Shown: positions 46,523 to 57,800, counted from the first letter of the stretch. The stretch: 64,000 nucleotides of DNA from Flavobacteriales bacterium (GCA_046306055.1 JBKDXR010000016.1:6132-70131), one strand, 5' to 3'. Program-made: numbers and translations. The notes: generated from the letters alone by a model not told the origin.

Positions 46523-47413
46523 ATGGAACTCCTCATCAACGGCCTCAGCAAGACCTACGGCAACGGCGTGAAGGCCCTGGACAACGTGAGCCTCACCATC
46601 CCCACCGGCATGTTCGGACTGCTGGGGCCCAACGGTGCCGGCAAGAGCACCCTGATGCGCATCCTGGCCACGCTGCAGGAGGCGGACAGCGGCACGGCCA
46701 TGCTGGGCGGCATCGATGTGCTGAACGACAAGCAGGCCGTGCGCCAGGTGCTGGGCTATCTGCCGCAGGAGTTCGGGGTGTACCCGCGGGTGAGCGCCTA
46801 CGAGATGCTGGACCACATCGCGCTGCTGAAAGGCGTGGTGGACAAGGGGCCGCGCAAGGAGCTGGTGGAGGCCCTCCTGCACCGGGTGAACCTGTGGGAG
46901 CACCGCAAGCGCCGTATCAGCGGCTTCAGCGGTGGCATGAAGCAGCGCTTCGGCATCGCACAATCGCTGATCGGCGACCCGAAGCTGATCATCGTGGACG
47001 AGCCCACCGCCGGCCTGGACCCCGGTGAGCGCAACCGCTTCTACAACCTGCTCACCGAGATCGGCGAGAACGTGGTGGTGATCCTCAGCACCCACATCGT
47101 GCAGGACGTGCAGGAGCTGTGCCGCAACATGGCCATCATTAACAAGGGCAGGCTGCTCTATGCCGGAGCGCCGAACGATGCGCTCGCGGCCATGAAAGGC
47201 AAGGTGTGGGAGAAGGCCATTGGCAAGCATGAGCTGGAGCAGTATGCCACCACGCACGACCTGATCAGCAACAAGCTGGTGGCCGGCACACCGATCATCC
47301 ATGTGATGAGCGATGCCAAACCGGCCGATGGCTTCATCAGCGCCGAGCCCAGCCTGGAGGACGTGTTCTTCGGGGCGATCCACCGCAGCAACCGCGAAAC
47401 CGTAGCCGCATGA
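46523..47413 (+). CDS. ABC transporter ATP-binding protein (ABC-2 type)
   Basis: Walker A GPNGAGKST, signature SGGMKQR, Walker B LIIVDEPTAGLD; start at MELLINGLSK. Confidence 0.9.
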   Translation: MELLINGLSKTYGNGVKALDNVSLTIPTGMFGLLGPNGAGKSTLMRILATLQEADSGTAMLGGIDVLNDKQAVRQVLGYLPQEFGVYPRVSAYEMLDHIALLKGVVDKGPRKELVEALLHRVNLWEHRKRRISGFSGGMKQRFGIAQSLIGDPKLIIVDEPTAGLDPGERNRFYNLLTEIGENVVVILSTHIVQDVQELCRNMAIINKGRLLYAGAPNDALAAMKGKVWEKAIGKHELEQYATTHDLISNKLVAGTPIIHVMSDAKPADGFISAEPSLEDVFFGAIHRSNRETVAA

Positions 47414-50400
47414 CCCTCCGCTTCTTCCTCTTCGAGGTGCGCTACTGGCTGCGTCAGCCCATGGCGTACATCTTCATCGCCCTCATCGCCTTCCTCACGG
47501 GGGCGGCCGTGGTGAGCGACAACGTGCAGATCGGCATGGCTGTGGGCAACGTGCTGAAGAACGCGCCCTACCTCCTGTACCTGTGGTACGCCACCTGGAG
47601 CGCCCTGGGCCTGCTGCTCGTCACCGCCTTCGTGAACGCCACGGCCATCCGCGACTTCACGAGCAACACCGCACAGATCGTCTTCAGCACACCGGTCTCG
47701 AAGGCCAGCTACCTCATCGGCAAGTTCCTGGGCAGCACCTTCGTGGCCCTCCTGCCCATGCTGGGTGTGAGCATCGGCTTCGTGGTGGGCAGCATGTGGC
47801 CCGGCATCGACGAGGTGCGCATCGGTCCCAACCAGTTCGCCCACCACCTGCAGGCCGTCCTGCTCTTCGCGATACCCAACGTCCTCTTCTCCGCCAGCAT
47901 CATTTTCGCCGTGAGCGTGCTGCTGCGCAACACCATGGCGGCCTTCATCACCGCCATCGCGCTGCTGGTGGGCTTCAGCATTGCCGGTGCCTTCACAAGC
48001 GACCTGGAGAACGAGTGGATCGGGGTGATGACGGACCCCTTCGGTGGCACCGCCTTCCAGGTGGCCACCAAGTACTGGACCGTGGAGGACAAGAACACAC
48101 TGGTGCTGCCCGCCACGGGCATGATGCTGTGGAACCGCATCCTGTGGATCGCCGTGAGCATCGGCGTGTTCCTCTTCGGCTACTTGCGCTTCTCCTTCAC
48201 GGAACGCGTGCAGAAGGCCAAGGCCTTGGAGGCCGATGCCAACCGAAAGACCACCTTTGCTCAAGTAGCCCTACCCAAGGTGGCCCAGCGTTTCGATGCC
48301 GGAGCGCGCCGCAGCTGGTTCACCTCCCTTTACCTCACGGACGTGAAGGGCATCCTGAAGAGCACCCCGTTCATCCTGATCATGTCGCTCGGGCTGGTGC
48401 AGCTTTTCGTGTCGCTGGGCTTCGTCACCGAGCTGTATGGCAACAAGACGTACCCGGTCACCTACAACGTGGCTGATGTGATCCAGGGCGGCCTGTTCAT
48501 GTACCTGATCATCATTGTCACCTTCTACGCCGGGCAGCTCATCTGGAAGGAACGAGAGCCGCGCATCGATGGCATCACCAACGCTTTGCCCACCTCCACT
48601 GGCGCCGGGCTGCTGGCCAAGTTCGCCGCATTGACCACCGTGATCTTTGTGGTGATGTGCTTCGCCGCACTGGCAGGCATCGTCACCCAACTGCTGAACG
48701 GATACACCCGCATCCAGCCCGATCTGTACCTCAGCTATCTCATCATCCCAGCCACACTGGGCTTCGCATTCTTCACCGCCCTTGCGATGTTGGTGCATGT
48801 GCTGGTGAACAACAAGTACCTCGGCTACTTCATGTTCATCCTGCTGGTCGTGCTGAACACCTTCGGGTGGAGCGCGCTGGACGTGGAGTCCAACCTCGTA
48901 CAGCTGAACGGTTCCTCCGGCCTGACCTACTCGGACATGAGCGGCTTCGGGCCCTTCCTGCCGGGATGGATCTTCTTCCGCGTGTATTGGATGATCTTCG
49001 CAGCCATCCTGCTCTACGCCAGCTGGCTCTTCCTAGTGCGGGGCAACGACACGGCGTGGCGGTGGCGGTGGCACCACGCGAAGCAGCGCTTCGCCAGCAC
49101 GCGCGTACCGGCCATCGGCCTGGTGGTGCTCTTTGCGGCCCTGGCCGGCTGGGGCTATTACAACACCAAGGTGCTCAATGAATACACCACCAGCGAGGAA
49201 CGGGAAAAGCAGCAGGTGGACTATGAGCGCACCTACAAGCGCTACGAGGGCATGCACCAGCCGCATTACACGGCGGTGGATTTCACCATCGACCTGGAAC
49301 CCGAAAAGCGTGCCCTGATGTATACAGCCGACATCACCCTGCGCAACAAGGGTGACCGTGCCATCGATACGTTGTGGTTGAGCCTGCCCGATCGCATGCA
49401 CCGGAACCCATCAGGGTTGCAAGTGGACATCCCAGGTGCCACCGTGTTGCTCGATGACGAGGACATGAAGCAACGCATGTACCGCCTCACCCCGCCCCTC
49501 GCGCCCGGCGCCGACCTGCGCCTCAGTGTGCGCGGCGGCTACGCGGCCAAGGGCTTCGAGAACAACGTGTCCTTCACCGGCATCGTTCAGAACGGCAGCT
49601 TCTTCAACAACATGGACCTCCTGCCCGGCATCGGATACCAGAGCGACTTCGAGCTTACCGACAAGAACGACCGCCGCGAATACGACCTGCCACCCAACCG
49701 TCGGACGCCCTTGCTGAGCGAGGCCCCTGAGGACCGCATGCAGAACTACCTGCTTCGCCACAGCGACTGGGTGGAGGTGGGCACCACCATCAGTACCGCA
49801 CCCGACCAGATCGCCATCGCGCCAGGCAGCCTGGTGAAGGAATGGAGCGAGAACGGCCGGCGCTACTTCCGCTACGTGGTGGACCACCCCTCACTGAACT
49901 TCTACAGCTTCATGAGCGCCCGCTACGAGGTGGCACGCGAGAAGCTCGGCGACCCTTCGACGGGCTCTGGACAGAGCGTGGACATCGAGGTCTACTACCA
50001 CAAGGACCATGGCGTGAACGTGCCGCGCATGCTCAGCAGCCTGAAGAAGACCATCGCTTACGCCGGAAAGAACTTCGCTCCTTACCGACACAAACAGGCG
50101 CGCATCATCGAGTTCCCGCGATACGCCACCTTCGCCCAGGCCTTCCCCGGCACCATGCCGTACAGCGAGGCCATCGGCTTCATCACCGATCTGCGCGAGC
50201 CGGAGGACATCGATCCCGTGTTCTATGTGGTGGCGCACGAGGTGGGCCACCAGTGGTGGGCGCACCAGGTGATCGGTGCCGTGATGCAGGGCGCAACGCT
50301 GCTGAGCGAGAGCATGGCGCAGTACACCGCGCTGATGGTGATGGAGCGGGAGTACGGTAGGCCGCACATGCGGAAGTTCATGAAGTACGAGGCCGACAAG

Positions 50401-51024
50401 TACCAGAACGCGCGTGGCTCTGAAGCGATCGGCGAGTCGCCGCTGCTCACCGTGGAGAACCAGAGCTACATCCACTACAACAAGGGCAGTGTGATGCTTT
50501 ATGGCCTGCGCGAGTTCCTCGGCGAGGATGCGTTGAACCGGGCCTTCAGCCATATGGTGGACAGCTTCGGATACGCCGAACCGCCTTATCCCACCTCGCT
50601 GGACATGTACCGTGCCATGCGCGCCGTAACGCCGGACAGCCTGCTGTACCTGCTCGATGACAACATCACACGCATCACCCTCTACAACAATGGCGTGCAG
50701 GAGGTCACGGCACGCATGGAGGCCGACAGCAGCTGGACCGTGGACGTGCTGATCACCGCCGCCAAGATGTACAGCGATTCCCTGGGCGTGGAGACCGAAG
50801 CACCGATGGACGACTGGATCGATGTGGCCGTGATGCCCAAAATGCGCTTCGGGAAGGACAAGGAGATGAGCGACATCCCCCTGGCGCGCCAACGGCTGAA
50901 GCTGCGCACCGGCGAGAACCGCCTCAGCTTCCGCGTATCGGAGCAGCCCGGCGCCGTGGAGATCGATCCGGACCACCTGTTCTTCGATCGCTTGCCGGCG
51001 GATAACAGGAAGAAAGTCGAATGA
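47410..51024 (+). CDS. fusion of ABC-2 permease (N-terminal polytopic domain) and M1-family aminopeptidase N (C-terminal)
   Basis: 1204 aa; ~12 TM segments in the first ~560 aa; gluzincin motif VVAHEVGHQWW...LLSESMAQY (HEXXH + E). Confidence 0.85.
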   Translation: MTLRFFLFEVRYWLRQPMAYIFIALIAFLTGAAVVSDNVQIGMAVGNVLKNAPYLLYLWYATWSALGLLLVTAFVNATAIRDFTSNTAQIVFSTPVSKASYLIGKFLGSTFVALLPMLGVSIGFVVGSMWPGIDEVRIGPNQFAHHLQAVLLFAIPNVLFSASIIFAVSVLLRNTMAAFITAIALLVGFSIAGAFTSDLENEWIGVMTDPFGGTAFQVATKYWTVEDKNTLVLPATGMMLWNRILWIAVSIGVFLFGYLRFSFTERVQKAKALEADANRKTTFAQVALPKVAQRFDAGARRSWFTSLYLTDVKGILKSTPFILIMSLGLVQLFVSLGFVTELYGNKTYPVTYNVADVIQGGLFMYLIIIVTFYAGQLIWKEREPRIDGITNALPTSTGAGLLAKFAALTTVIFVVMCFAALAGIVTQLLNGYTRIQPDLYLSYLIIPATLGFAFFTALAMLVHVLVNNKYLGYFMFILLVVLNTFGWSALDVESNLVQLNGSSGLTYSDMSGFGPFLPGWIFFRVYWMIFAAILLYASWLFLVRGNDTAWRWRWHHAKQRFASTRVPAIGLVVLFAALAGWGYYNTKVLNEYTTSEEREKQQVDYERTYKRYEGMHQPHYTAVDFTIDLEPEKRALMYTADITLRNKGDRAIDTLWLSLPDRMHRNPSGLQVDIPGATVLLDDEDMKQRMYRLTPPLAPGADLRLSVRGGYAAKGFENNVSFTGIVQNGSFFNNMDLLPGIGYQSDFELTDKNDRREYDLPPNRRTPLLSEAPEDRMQNYLLRHSDWVEVGTTISTAPDQIAIAPGSLVKEWSENGRRYFRYVVDHPSLNFYSFMSARYEVAREKLGDPSTGSGQSVDIEVYYHKDHGVNVPRMLSSLKKTIAYAGKNFAPYRHKQARIIEFPRYATFAQAFPGTMPYSEAIGFITDLREPEDIDPVFYVVAHEVGHQWWAHQVIGAVMQGATLLSESMAQYTALMVMEREYGRPHMRKFMKYEADKYQNARGSEAIGESPLLTVENQSYIHYNKGSVMLYGLREFLGEDALNRAFSHMVDSFGYAEPPYPTSLDMYRAMRAVTPDSLLYLLDDNITRITLYNNGVQEVTARMEADSSWTVDVLITAAKMYSDSLGVETEAPMDDWIDVAVMPKMRFGKDKEMSDIPLARQRLKLRTGENRLSFRVSEQPGAVEIDPDHLFFDRLPADNRKKVE

Positions 51025-51025
51025 T

Positions 51026-51097
51026 CAATGTCCAACTCTCAATTTCCAATGTCCAAGTGTCGCCCGCGGGCGCTTGGACATTGGTCATTGGACATTG
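51026..51097. repeat. structured palindromic element: 2 direct + 2 inverted copies of caatgtccaa around a GC palindrome cgcccgcgggcg
   Basis: caatgtccaa at 51026 and 51048; ttggacattg at 51075 and 51088; 12-bp arms ccaatgtccaag/cttggacattgg flank the core at 51061-51072; lies between convergent genes. Confidence 0.7.
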
Positions 51098-51130
51098 CTC
51101 ATTGGGTATTCGAACGCTATCCCAAGCGAA

Positions 51131-52963
51131 CTACCGTACCAGCTTCACCACCATTCCTTTTTCCGTTCGCAGAAGGTAGCTCGCCGGTGCCAGCCCACTT
51201 GTCGGGATCGTGGAGCGTCCTCCCGCAGCCGACCCTTGCCAGACCAACCGTCCCAATGCATCGCGGAGCTCCAGCGGATCTCCGGGGCTGAGACCCTCCA
51301 CGTACAGCACCTCCCCCATCGGATTCGGCCAGGCACGAAGTCCATTGCTGCGCTCCACGCCGATCACTGTCGTGGTGATCACCTGCACCGTGTCCGTGCT
51401 CCACTGGCATCCGAAGGCATCGGTTACAAGCGCATGGTACGCACCGTTCACTTGCGCCACAACGGATGGACCATCGCTGCTCAACGGGACGTCAGCCAGG
51501 AACCATTGCCAGGCAACGCCCTCCTCGACCCAAAGTGAATCACCGTTCACCTGAACGGCATAGGACGGATCGGGTCGCTCAGCCACGATGATGGTGGCGC
51601 TGCGCACCGCACCGTTCGCATCGAACACCTCGACACTGTAGGAGCCCGCGCAGAGTCCTGAGATCACCGGCGTTGTCGAACCCGTGCTCCAGAGGTAGCT
51701 GAAGGGCGTCTCCCCAGTGGCGAATACCTGCGCGATACCATCGCAGTCTCCCGGACAGATCGGCGCGCTGTACTCGCTCGCATCGAAGGTGGTATCGACA
51801 CCGGCGATCAGCATCGCATCGCCATTGCCGACATCATCGATGGTGGTGCTGCCATACGTGATCACCCCCCAGTAATACCCGCCGAAGTAGACCTGGTTCG
51901 GGGCGGTGGCCTGCCGGTGGATGCACAACGGAATGTCCCGCTGGAAGCCGCTGGGGCGTGAAGCCCACACCACGCCGCCGTCGCCATCCAGCTTCGCGAT
52001 CAGCATGTCCTCACCACCCAGGGCCGTGAACGGCGTGCCAAGGAAGTCGATGGTCTGGTTGAATTGCGCGGCCACCAGCACATTCCCCATTCCATCCGCG
52101 TCCACGTCCCAAGCCAGATCGCGCTGGGTGGAACCGGTGCTCCGCGCCCACTGCAGCGTGCCTTCGCGGTCCAGCTTCATCACCAGGATGTCGTCGTTGC
52201 TGCTCACGGAACTGAGCGTATCGTCCGGCAGGAACAGGTTGCCCCAAAGGCGCGCTGCCACAAAGATGTTGCCCAGCGTATCGGCACTGATGCCCATTCC
52301 TTCGTGGTCACCCGTGCCATAGCTGCGCGCCCACACCCCGTTGCCATCCAGGTCGGTGGCCAGCACGTAGAGGTAGGCTCCGCTGGCTGCAGGTGTCAGA
52401 GCCAATGCATCATAACTCGCCGCCGAAGCACCGATCTGTCCGGTGACGAACAGTCGATCGCCGCTCACACTGATCGCGCGGCAGCACTTACTCTGTCCGT
52501 TCCCTTGGCTGGCACGCGCCCACTGTACGGTGCCGGTGCTGTCGTAGCGCGCGATCACCAACTGGCGGAAGTTGCCCGCGTTGGGGATGCTGATGCCGTC
52601 GAACCCGATGGTGGTTCCGCCGCTGAAGCCCGCGATGAACACCGCTCCATCCGCCGATACAGCCACGCCGCGGGCCTCATCGCTGCTTCCGCTGCTGCCC
52701 GCACGCCGTGCCCACAGACAGGTACCCGCCGTGTCGTAACGCGCCAGGAAGATGTCGTCGACACCCAGGCTGTTCAGCGTGACACCACCACCGAAGTCAG
52801 CGTTCCCGTTATAGCTGCCCGTCACATAGATGCGGTCCTCCGCGTCGATCGCCACACCATAGGCCCACGCATCGTTGAAGCCCACCGTGATCGCGCTGCG
52901 CAGCGGCCTATGTGCAGGTGCGGGGGCATAAGGGTACGAAGAGCGCGATCGCCTGAGGCTCAT
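51131..52963 (-). CDS. SBBP beta-propeller-repeat protein with SprB repeat and T9SS type-A C-terminal sorting domain; lacks an N-terminal signal peptide
   Basis: repeated D-x-x-G-N-I/V-Y-V-T/A-G units; C-terminal LRAWPNPMGEVLYVEG...ASYLLRTEKGMVVKLVR; ATG overlaps the stop of the upstream FISUMP gene (ATGA); an in-frame stop lies directly upstream. Confidence 0.75.
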   Translation of the reverse strand: MSLRRSRSSYPYAPAPAHRPLRSAITVGFNDAWAYGVAIDAEDRIYVTGSYNGNADFGGGVTLNSLGVDDIFLARYDTAGTCLWARRAGSSGSSDEARGVAVSADGAVFIAGFSGGTTIGFDGISIPNAGNFRQLVIARYDSTGTVQWARASQGNGQSKCCRAISVSGDRLFVTGQIGASAASYDALALTPAASGAYLYVLATDLDGNGVWARSYGTGDHEGMGISADTLGNIFVAARLWGNLFLPDDTLSSVSSNDDILVMKLDREGTLQWARSTGSTQRDLAWDVDADGMGNVLVAAQFNQTIDFLGTPFTALGGEDMLIAKLDGDGGVVWASRPSGFQRDIPLCIHRQATAPNQVYFGGYYWGVITYGSTTIDDVGNGDAMLIAGVDTTFDASEYSAPICPGDCDGIAQVFATGETPFSYLWSTGSTTPVISGLCAGSYSVEVFDANGAVRSATIIVAERPDPSYAVQVNGDSLWVEEGVAWQWFLADVPLSSDGPSVVAQVNGAYHALVTDAFGCQWSTDTVQVITTTVIGVERSNGLRAWPNPMGEVLYVEGLSPGDPLELRDALGRLVWQGSAAGGRSTIPTSGLAPASYLLRTEKGMVVKLVR

Positions 52964-53616
52964 CTATCCCTCACACAACGGCACGAGAACCCGTCCTGCG
53001 GTTCGCTGCTGTTCCAATAAAGGTCCGCATTGTAGGTGGCCAGGAATCGGAACACCGCCTTGTCCGGTCCATCCGGGGTGGAGCTCCAGTAGTATCCGTA
53101 TGCCCCTTCAAAGAGGTACTCGCCGTAGTTGGAGCGAGCCCCACCCGGTCGTCCGTTGAAGCCACTGGCATTGGTGGCACCGGTATTGGGCCCTCCCCAG
53201 AAGAGTGTGTCCTTGAGGACTCCACCTGCAAGGCTGTCCCCGCCCAGCGCGAAGGCCAGTGCCTCCCAGTCGGCCGCAGTGGGTACACGCCATCCTTGGG
53301 GACAAAGACCCCTGGGATCGGTGACCGCGTACCAGTTGTAGAGGCGGCCATATCGTGCGAACACGTTGGGATCGCTGCGGTATACGGCCTGTGCACCGGA
53401 CCGGATGTAGCGCCAGTCGCCCTGCTGCGGAAGTTCGGGGATGGTGTCACCGTTCCGGTACAGTTCCGTACGCAGGTTCTCAGCGAACCACCATTGGTCG
53501 CCGATGAGGACCACCGGGTAGGCATGTCCGTGGTAGACCATTGGAGGTTGCCGTACCTGTGCCACGAGGTCAGTCGCTGGGGGCATGGATGCCAGAAGGA
53601 ACATGATGCGCCACAT
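52960..53616 (-). CDS. FISUMP-domain (Fibrobacter succinogenes major paralogous domain) secreted protein
   Basis: signal peptide MWRIMFLLASMPPATDLVAQ; YGRLYNWYA...CPQGWRVPTAADWEAL signature. Confidence 0.7.
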   Translation of the reverse strand: MWRIMFLLASMPPATDLVAQVRQPPMVYHGHAYPVVLIGDQWWFAENLRTELYRNGDTIPELPQQGDWRYIRSGAQAVYRSDPNVFARYGRLYNWYAVTDPRGLCPQGWRVPTAADWEALAFALGGDSLAGGVLKDTLFWGGPNTGATNASGFNGRPGGARSNYGEYLFEGAYGYYWSSTPDGPDKAVFRFLATYNADLYWNSSEPQDGFSCRCVRDR

Positions 53617-53800
53617 GTTCCTTCCCGTAGCGGATCGCGTGCCGATCGTATCCGGCAAGGATGGCCTGATGCACCTTGGACCAAGGAATGGACCAGGGCA
53701 TCGTCTCATGCGAACAAGGACGGACATTGTCCAGCGTCTAAGCCAAACGGCAAACCATCGCGGGAAATGGCCTGGTGCCGGGGTTGCCCCCCTGAGCAGT

Positions 53801-54790
53801 TCAACGCTTCTGCAACCGCGCGTTGCCCAATGTGCCATCGGTACCGATCCAGGTCAGCGTATAGTGGCCGCTGGGCACATCGTTCATCTCCAGCGTCAGT
53901 CGGCGGGTCTGGGGCGAATTGAACTCAACGGGCCATTGCTTGCGCACCTGGCCACTGCCATCCACCAGCTGTAGCACGGTGCGGTCCGCCTTGGTGGCGG
54001 GCAGGTCGATGTAGGTGACGTCATCACAAGGATCAGGGAAGGCGCGCAGGGCGATCGGGCGGAAAACGCTTGCGGGGTCGTCCTGCCAGGAGCCGTCCAA
54101 CCAACGCAGGGTGTGCGCTGGCTCCCATCCGGTGCGCTCAATAACGACCAGCAACGGCATCGGCGTCCGGTCGGAGTACCATGCCAGGCGTACTTCACTG
54201 AGAAGCACCTGGTCGGGGTCGTTGCGCGGGGTTACGCGCAGTTCATGCCTTACGCGCAGCACGTCCTTCACCACCCCGTAGGGCATCACCAGCGTTCCCC
54301 AAGCATCGGCACGGGCGGAGATCGTGGTCACGCGAAGGTCGATCCGGCCCGCACCGGTAACGACCGCGAGCCCCGTGTCGCGCCAAGCTGAATACAGCCC
54401 ACAAGGCAGGTCCAGGATGGCCAGCGGTGGGTCGAAACGCACCAAGGCGTTCTCGGTATAAGTGCCCAACCAGAACAAGGCCGTATCTCCGCGCTGGTAA
54501 TAAGCGGTAGGCTCGCCGGGCACCTGCAAGACCAGTGCTGCGGTCGGGAATGCCCCCGCACCCGGCGCAATATCGGTGGTGGTCCATCGGTAGGCCACAA
54601 GCGAGCCGTTCGGCAGGCCGCTCAGGTCCCATTTGGCGTTCTCGCCGCCCGGTAACGGCATCGTCACCCACGGCACATCGTGATAACCATACACCGTGCC
54701 GGCCGTGGCCACGGCCCGTTCACCGATCACCGGCTGCGCCGAGAGCATCAAAGCGATACCCGTGAACAACAGCACCAAGGCGTACTTCAT
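53801..54790 (-). CDS. secreted hypothetical protein with T9SS type-A C-terminal sorting domain
   Basis: signal peptide MKYALVLLFTGIALMLSAQ; C-terminal ...VLQLVDGSGQVRKQW...GHYTLTWIGTDGTLGNARLQKR. Confidence 0.7.
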   Translation of the reverse strand: MKYALVLLFTGIALMLSAQPVIGERAVATAGTVYGYHDVPWVTMPLPGGENAKWDLSGLPNGSLVAYRWTTTDIAPGAGAFPTAALVLQVPGEPTAYYQRGDTALFWLGTYTENALVRFDPPLAILDLPCGLYSAWRDTGLAVVTGAGRIDLRVTTISARADAWGTLVMPYGVVKDVLRVRHELRVTPRNDPDQVLLSEVRLAWYSDRTPMPLLVVIERTGWEPAHTLRWLDGSWQDDPASVFRPIALRAFPDPCDDVTYIDLPATKADRTVLQLVDGSGQVRKQWPVEFNSPQTRRLTLEMNDVPSGHYTLTWIGTDGTLGNARLQKR

Positions 54791-54871
54791 AACACCAAGC
54801 TACAACGTTCGTTGCACGCACGGTCCAATTGGAAAGAACAGGCACATTCGCCCATGTAACAAGGTCCATGC

Positions 54872-57800
54872 TCAATCGAACCGCCGATCCTCGGACCGAT
54901 AACGCTTGCGGCCCATGAAGCGCACGGCCTTCACACGGTCGTCCATACGCATGCGGTTCACACTGAGGGGCTGTGCACTGTAGTCCCAATTGAAAAAGAA
55001 GCGCCCGTCGAAGAGCGCGCCGCCTTCCTTGGGCACCCATGCCGTGTAGCCCATGCGCCATTCGTCCTTCTTGGCATCCTTTGCCTTCAGCGCAAAGAAG
55101 TACATGTGCGTGACCCCGAGCTTGCCGTCCACCGCACGATGCTCCAGGTACCGCACGCTATCCCCTTCTTCCAGGTAGCGGTTGGCGAACAGGAAGGCCC
55201 GGGCCAGTGCCAACGTATCGCTGGCTGTGCTATCCAACAGTGCGGCAGCACCCACGTGCCTCAAACGCACCTGTGTCCAGTACCGCGTGTTGTCACGCGA
55301 TTGGTACTTGGCGAACACGGACCTGTCCACTGGCCGGCCCGCACGTTGTAAGAGGCAGGCGGCCTCTATCACCAATCGGTCGTTGCTGCACGCCAGCACT
55401 TTGTTGAACCAGCCCTGCACCTCCGGTCGGTTGGCATGGAAGGGCAACAGGATCCGAGCGAACGACAGCACCAGCGGGCTGCCAGGCACCAGCAGGTCGT
55501 TATCGGGCGCGGGCTCCTTGCTCACATTACGCTCCAGCACGCGGTTCTGGTTGCGGCGCGGTACATAAGGGAGCATGGCCCCTTCGGAGGTGTAACTGTC
55601 ATTGGTACCCGTGGTGCGTTTGTTCTGGCTCAGTGCCCGCTTCAGTTCAATGGTGGCCTCAGTAACGAGTATCGGCACCTCGTTCTCGTACACGGCGGGC
55701 TTCACCAACCCTTCGGCCACACAAGCGGCCAGCAGGTTGTACACCGGCATTCGATACTCCGGAAAACGCGCCAGGTCCAGCACGCGGGGGAACAGCGCAG
55801 CGGCCACAGCGAGCGTATCGAACCAAGGCCCGAACACATTGCGCATCTCGTTCTCGTCCTTCACCAACGGGGTCTCCACGTAGATCAACCGGGCGAACAG
55901 GTCCGCCGCCTCCCGGGTGCGCTGACCGGATAGTGCGCGCAGCACGGCGATCTGCAATTGCGCGGTATCGCCCGCCGCCAGATAGGCCCGTTCCAGAAAA
56001 GGCAATACGCGTTCGTTCTTCACCGCACCGCATTCACGCAACATGGCCGCACGTTCCTTCAGCTCCTCCTTGCGCCAGGCCGTGCCTTCAAAATGCTGTA
56101 TCAGCACATCAGCGTCCGCGTCCCGGAAGATGATCACGCTGAGCGAGGCCTTGGCGCGGTCCTTCGCCTTCTTCTCCTCGCTGGAGAGGTCGCCGAGGTA
56201 CAGGGCGGCCTTGCTGTCCAGCACGGGCAACCTGAACACCGTATCGGCGGGCAGGAACGTATCGAACACCATACGCTGCCACATGCTGGGGCCGAGCACG
56301 GTGTCCACGGTGGTCAACAACGTGTGGCGCGCACCCTCCTTCAGCACCATGCGCACCATGATCGCACGGCGTGTGGTACTGTCGGCAAGCATGACATCGC
56401 ACGCCTGCAACCCATGATGCTCGAACACACGTCGGTGCCGCTCCGCCATACCGTTGCGGTCCATCAGATCGCGCACGCGGAGGTCCCAGTAGGTGTTCAT
56501 GTCCTTTACCGAAAAGTACAGGTGGTGCACGAGCAGCTCCACACGCACGGCCTCCGGCGCTTCGCGGGCGATCACCACGTCATTGTATCGTTCGGTGCCG
56601 TAAGGATCGGGCTCGTCCTTCTTCACCGGACGGTACATACTGGTGCGCTTCACTTTCTGGAAGGCCTCCCCGAAGGAAGCGGCCACGTTGTCCGCAGAAA
56701 CGCGATAGGCCACACGCGGGTCGCTGAACTCCGCACCCTCGGCAGAAGAAGGGAGGTCGCGCAGGGTGAAGGAGGTGAAGAACTGCCGGGCCGCCGGCGC
56801 AGGCGCCGTGCTGATGAGCTCGTAGTAGTGTGTGCCGCGCACCAGCCATTGGGCATGCAGTGTATCACCACCGGCCCGCACAAAGCTTGCGGAAAGTGCG
56901 GGCAGGCCGCAGGGCGCTTCGGCATTGAAAGGAAGCGCCGTTGTCTTCAGGACCTCGGCCAGGTTATCCCGGAAGCGGGCCAGCTCGAACGTGTCGCTCT
57001 CCAAATACAACATATCGTTGTATGCCCCGCTCCGCAATTGGTGCAGGCTGCCACTGGCGTCGGTACCGCGCGCCTCCACATGGCGAAAAGGCACAGCGCC
57101 AAAGGAAAGTGCCAGGGTGGGTCGGGAGATCCGCACCGAGGTGCCCGCCGGCATGCGCACACTACAGCCCGGCAGCTCCACCGGACCCGGTACGCCATTG
57201 TTCCCATTGCGTTTCACCAGTCTGAAGGAGGCCATCAACCGGTCCGTATCCTTCACCACCCGTGCGTCATCACGGCACACGGATCGCACCACGATCACTT
57301 CCGAAGGTGCCACAACGATGCGGTAGTTCATACGCTCGCCGCGCACCGACGTGGCCGTGACCACATGCGCCGGGAAGCCCGAGGGGTCCACCACTTCCTT
57401 GCGTGTGATGGTGCGGCCCGGGATGGCCTCGAAGAGCGCACTATCGATACGCGCCATGATGCTCCGGGCATCGCGACCCAACACCTCGGCGCCCGTGGGT
57501 ATGCGGCTGATGGAGACAAAGGTGCCGTTCACCTGATCGGTGCACAGCGTGCCCAACCACGGCTCCAGGCTCTCGGGTACTTCGTGCGCCACGCCGGGCA
57601 GGTCCATGGTCATTAGCGAATCACTGCTCCACCACGCGCGTACCGTGGGGGGCAGGTACATGTCATCGATGCGCTGCTTGCGTGCCGTTGATCGCGAGCT
57701 GGACCTGGACAATACCGGCGAGACCGTGTACCCACGCGCACGGAACAGCTCGATCATCCCATTGGGGCCGGGCAGGTGCATGGCCCCCACGCCCGAGAAC

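Noticed and set aside
51028-51291. 87-aa plus-strand ORF overlapping the palindromic element
   Set aside because: Lies antisense to the 3' end of a well-supported gene and spans a structured repeat; not coding.
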